A stretch of DNA of 64,000 nucleotides from NCBI GenBank assembly GCA_005222975.1, contig NJBI01000001.1, forward strand, positions 91,531 to 155,530, written 5' to 3'. Positions 61,273 through 64,000 of the stretch are shown in pieces (position 1 is the stretch's first letter; each line of letters starts with the position of its first letter). The notes below the pieces were generated by a model, which did no database searches, was not told where the DNA came from, and saw nothing but the letters and a program-made list of their open reading frames with translations. Position numbers and translations under genes: made by a program. This DNA is from Promethearchaeota archaeon Loki_b31 (lineage in GTDB: Archaea > Asgardarchaeota > Lokiarchaeia > Sigyniarchaeales > SOKP01).

Positions 61273-63195
61273 TTATTTACCTCCTGCTGGCTTTAAATTT
61301 CCAATAACAAAATCCAAACCTAACTTCTTTAGAGTTGCATCGGTTGGAATTCCAGTTTTCGTGTCCCAGCCTCTAGCTTCGTAATATCCGCTCAATAATT
61401 TTTGATAACCATCTTCCTTTAAGGTAACACCCTTCGCTGGTCCTTTTGTATGAGCTTCTTTAAAGAATTTTTCGGGAGGATGATCGTCTGCTCGTGTCCA
61501 GCCTTCTCGAATGTTGAAACATTTAGAAAGCGTAACTATTGCAGTTCCTCTTGTCAGCAATGATTCCTCTGTGTGTGGAATACCAGTTACAAGTTCGTAT
61601 ACCTTTGCCATTTCTGCATCGTTTTCATAAATTCCACGAGTGAATTTACATATTATATATGAATCAATGATACCATAAACATCTTCAACTGCTACAATTG
61701 ACTTGCCACGTTCGAGACCTTTATCGTATCCGAACCTATCGAACTTTCCTTTAGCATCGAGTCCATACGCTCCATTCCTTAAATGGCAAGCGCCTCTAAT
61801 AGATACGCTTTCTCCAACCGCAAAGGAGGTCATACCATGAAGGTCAAAAGCGGGCATTTCTAAACCTTTTATGTGCATTCCGTAATAGCCTGCGTTTTTT
61901 ACTCCTTTTTCTTCTAATCGAATTCCTGCTTGTTTACAGCCATCTCCAAAGATTTCACCTGCAAATCCTTTTCCAAGACACATTTCTTCGGTGAATCTCA
62001 CTAAATTGACCGTTGAACCGAATGGTAACTCATAACCTAAATCTTTTTTAGTTATAAGCCCTAGATCAAACAATTCTGCCGCCATTGAGGCCGTCACCCC
62101 GGCTGAGATCGCGTCAATACCTAAATCATCGCACAATTGAACGCATTTAAATACCGTTGGCCAATCAGAATTACCCATATTTGAACCAAATGAATAGCAC
62201 ATTTCAACATCTATTGACGCGACTAAATTAGGATATTCGGGGTGAGTTTTTGGTACCCTTGCTAAATGATCGCACGCAATAGAGCATTGGGAACAAGCTA
62301 CTTTTTTTACAACCCAATCAATATTAAGAGTGTCTCCTGTAAAGGCGCCATTATCTATTTCTTCCCATGTACCTTCCCGAAAATTCTTAGTAGGGAACAT
62401 TCCTAACTTATTATAACTGGTTATTCCTGCTGGGGTTCCTAAATCGCGATATTTTGCAGTTGCAGGACCATTAGCCACTTTGATTAGTTTCTTAGCTAAT
62501 TTGTAAAATTCAGCGGGTTGAGCAACTTTCAATCCTTTAGTACCCCTAAATGCTATTGCTTTGAGGTTTTTACTTCCCATTACGGCTCCCATACCGGTAC
62601 GGCCTGCTTGCCGGTTTCTATCGTTTGTAATGCACCCCAACTTACTTAATCGTTCACCTGCTGGTCCTATTGACATAACAGCTAATCTCTGATCTTGAAA
62701 TTCTTCTCGTAATATATCCTCTGTTTCAAAATTTCCTTTTCCCCATAAAGTTTTCTCACATGGCTCTAAATAGTAGTCGTCATCGTCTACAACCATGTAA
62801 ACTGGTTCAGAAGCTTTTCCCTTTATTACGATCATATTAATACCCGCACGTCGGGCTTGGGCTCCAACTGAACCTGAAGAAATAGCCATTCCAAATACAC
62901 CCGTTAATGGGGATTTAGCAAATACGCCATATTTTGAGCTAGTTGGTAAAATTGTAGTAGGGAAGGGACCAATAGCCCAAACAAACACATTATCTGGACT
63001 TAAGGGGTCTACACCTGGCTTTAACTCGTCCCATAGAATTTTTGCTCCAAAACCGTAACCACCAATCCAATCTCGGCAAAATTCTCTGGATAAAGTTGAT
63101 TTACCTATTTTACCGCTTGTTAAATCTACGTCGATTCTTACTTGTGAGTATCCTTTAACTTCCTCAGGTAAAGTTATATCTTTAGCTTTACTCAT
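61273..63195 (-). CDS. aor: Tungsten-dependent aldehyde:ferredoxin oxidoreductase family protein
   Basis: IGGYGFG, KSPLTG, IGPAGE, GRTGMGAVMGSKNLKAI, CSQCSIAC, CDDLGIDAIS, RGACH, YYEARGWD. Confidence 0.93.
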   Translation of the reverse strand: MSKAKDITLPEEVKGYSQVRIDVDLTSGKIGKSTLSREFCRDWIGGYGFGAKILWDELKPGVDPLSPDNVFVWAIGPFPTTILPTSSKYGVFAKSPLTGVFGMAISSGSVGAQARRAGINMIVIKGKASEPVYMVVDDDDYYLEPCEKTLWGKGNFETEDILREEFQDQRLAVMSIGPAGERLSKLGCITNDRNRQAGRTGMGAVMGSKNLKAIAFRGTKGLKVAQPAEFYKLAKKLIKVANGPATAKYRDLGTPAGITSYNKLGMFPTKNFREGTWEEIDNGAFTGDTLNIDWVVKKVACSQCSIACDHLARVPKTHPEYPNLVASIDVEMCYSFGSNMGNSDWPTVFKCVQLCDDLGIDAISAGVTASMAAELFDLGLITKKDLGYELPFGSTVNLVRFTEEMCLGKGFAGEIFGDGCKQAGIRLEEKGVKNAGYYGMHIKGLEMPAFDLHGMTSFAVGESVSIRGACHLRNGAYGLDAKGKFDRFGYDKGLERGKSIVAVEDVYGIIDSYIICKFTRGIYENDAEMAKVYELVTGIPHTEESLLTRGTAIVTLSKCFNIREGWTRADDHPPEKFFKEAHTKGPAKGVTLKEDGYQKLLSGYYEARGWDTKTGIPTDATLKKLGLDFVIGNLKPAGGK

Positions 63196-63859
63196 GATTT
63201 TCACTAAATTTTGTTTTTTGATTTTTTTTTGTATAGAGAGTTAATATTTAATATAGAGAACTACTATTTATTAGGTTGATTGTTCATAGGAACAACTTCT
63301 ACACTAACTAATCCTCTGATGTTAAACACTCTAAAAATAATGTTTTTTTTAAAATTAATTTTTACTTAGTTTTTATTTTATTTAAAATTCCCCAATTTTA
63401 AAACAAAATCAAATTAAATTAGAATTTTGAGAATTTAACATAAAGATAATAATGGAATTCAATCGCTATCTTTAACTTTACATTAAAAAAATAAATATTT
63501 TATTAATCCACTTGTGGAATTGTGTAAAACATTTATTTTCAATATTTTCGATTTAGATCTTTAAATCTCAAATTATTTAATAAAATTAGAAGACTCGATT
63601 TATCAAAATAACAAATAGGTGTTCAAATAACTTAATAGATTATCAAAATCACCGATGGACGATTTAACCAATTTTGAATTACATTAATAAAAAGTTAAGA
63701 AATGATTTTAATCATATATATAAATTGATAATTTTTAAAGATATTCTTAGTATAGGCGTCTAAAAAAAAATGAATTTATCGCTATTCTCTTTTTATCATC
63801 AATGACTATATACTATTTATTATATTGACTCAATTAGTAACTTTGCTATACTGAATGGA

Positions 63860-64000
63860 TCAACTCTTTCTTCTCAGTTCTTTAAAGTAAAAATATAGAA
63901 AGGCTACCAGAAAAGGTGAAAGAATAACAATAAAGATCCATGTATCTTCCACGAGATCAAGAATAATACCGCCGCCGATTACAACAAAAAGCGCTAAAAT
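63860..64000 (-). CDS. 3' end of a membrane protein (5' beyond window edge)
   Basis: ...ILALFVVIGGGIILDLVEDTWIFIVILSPFLVAFLYFYFKELRRKS*. Confidence 0.6.
   Translation of the reverse strand: MLALFVVIGGGIILDLVEDTWIFIVILSPFLVAFLYFYFKELRRKS

Noticed and set aside
63205-63859. Replication origin
   Set aside because: No repeated ORB elements with G-strings and no adjacent cdc6/orc1 gene in the window.
1-64000. Genome-wide UGA reassignment (alternative genetic code)
   Set aside because: Ordinary genes end in TGA at expected lengths (e.g. 2131-2133, 6569-6571, 33275-33277), Trp is TGG, and in-frame TGAs were seen only in hdrA and mvhD.
1-64000. CRISPR array, rRNA/tRNA genes, IS elements or prophage
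   Set aside because: No regularly spaced repeats, GC-rich structural RNA islands, transposase or integrase were seen by eye. A covariance-model scan was not possible.

Overview
AT-rich archaeal chromosomal DNA, most likely from an Asgard archaeon (Lokiarchaeia/Promethearchaeota-like). This placement is inferred from longin-like and gelsolin-domain proteins, a V4R-like protein, a geranylgeranyl reductase, frequent TTG starts and a eukaryote-type SECIS element. No rRNA, tRNA, CRISPR array or transposase was recognised. Main content: (1) 1-10 kb: nadB, three LMW phosphatases with an arginine-phosphatase-like P-loop, an MFS-longin fusion, macro and V4R proteins, and beta-oxidation genes, including a crotonase with a DnaJ-type zinc-finger insert. 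(2) 10-27 kb: a co-oriented run of five large surface/membrane proteins carrying six copies of a conserved basic cytoplasmic tail ([YF]PxPVRKVRKY...AF...EL.K), followed by gelsolin-domain, helical-repeat and longin-like genes. This is a candidate undescribed surface-receptor/cytoskeleton locus. (3) 27-55 kb: mixed metabolic genes and a vapBC module; three accessory genes are bracketed by short degenerate direct repeats. (4) 55.9-63.2 kb: an AOR - ferredoxin - hdrA - mvhD - fdhB/frhB - polyferredoxin redox cluster. The ORF track breaks or misses two of these genes: hdrA has three in-frame TGA codons and mvhD has two, all at conserved Cys positions (selenocysteine). A single eukaryote-like SECIS hairpin lies right after mvhD.
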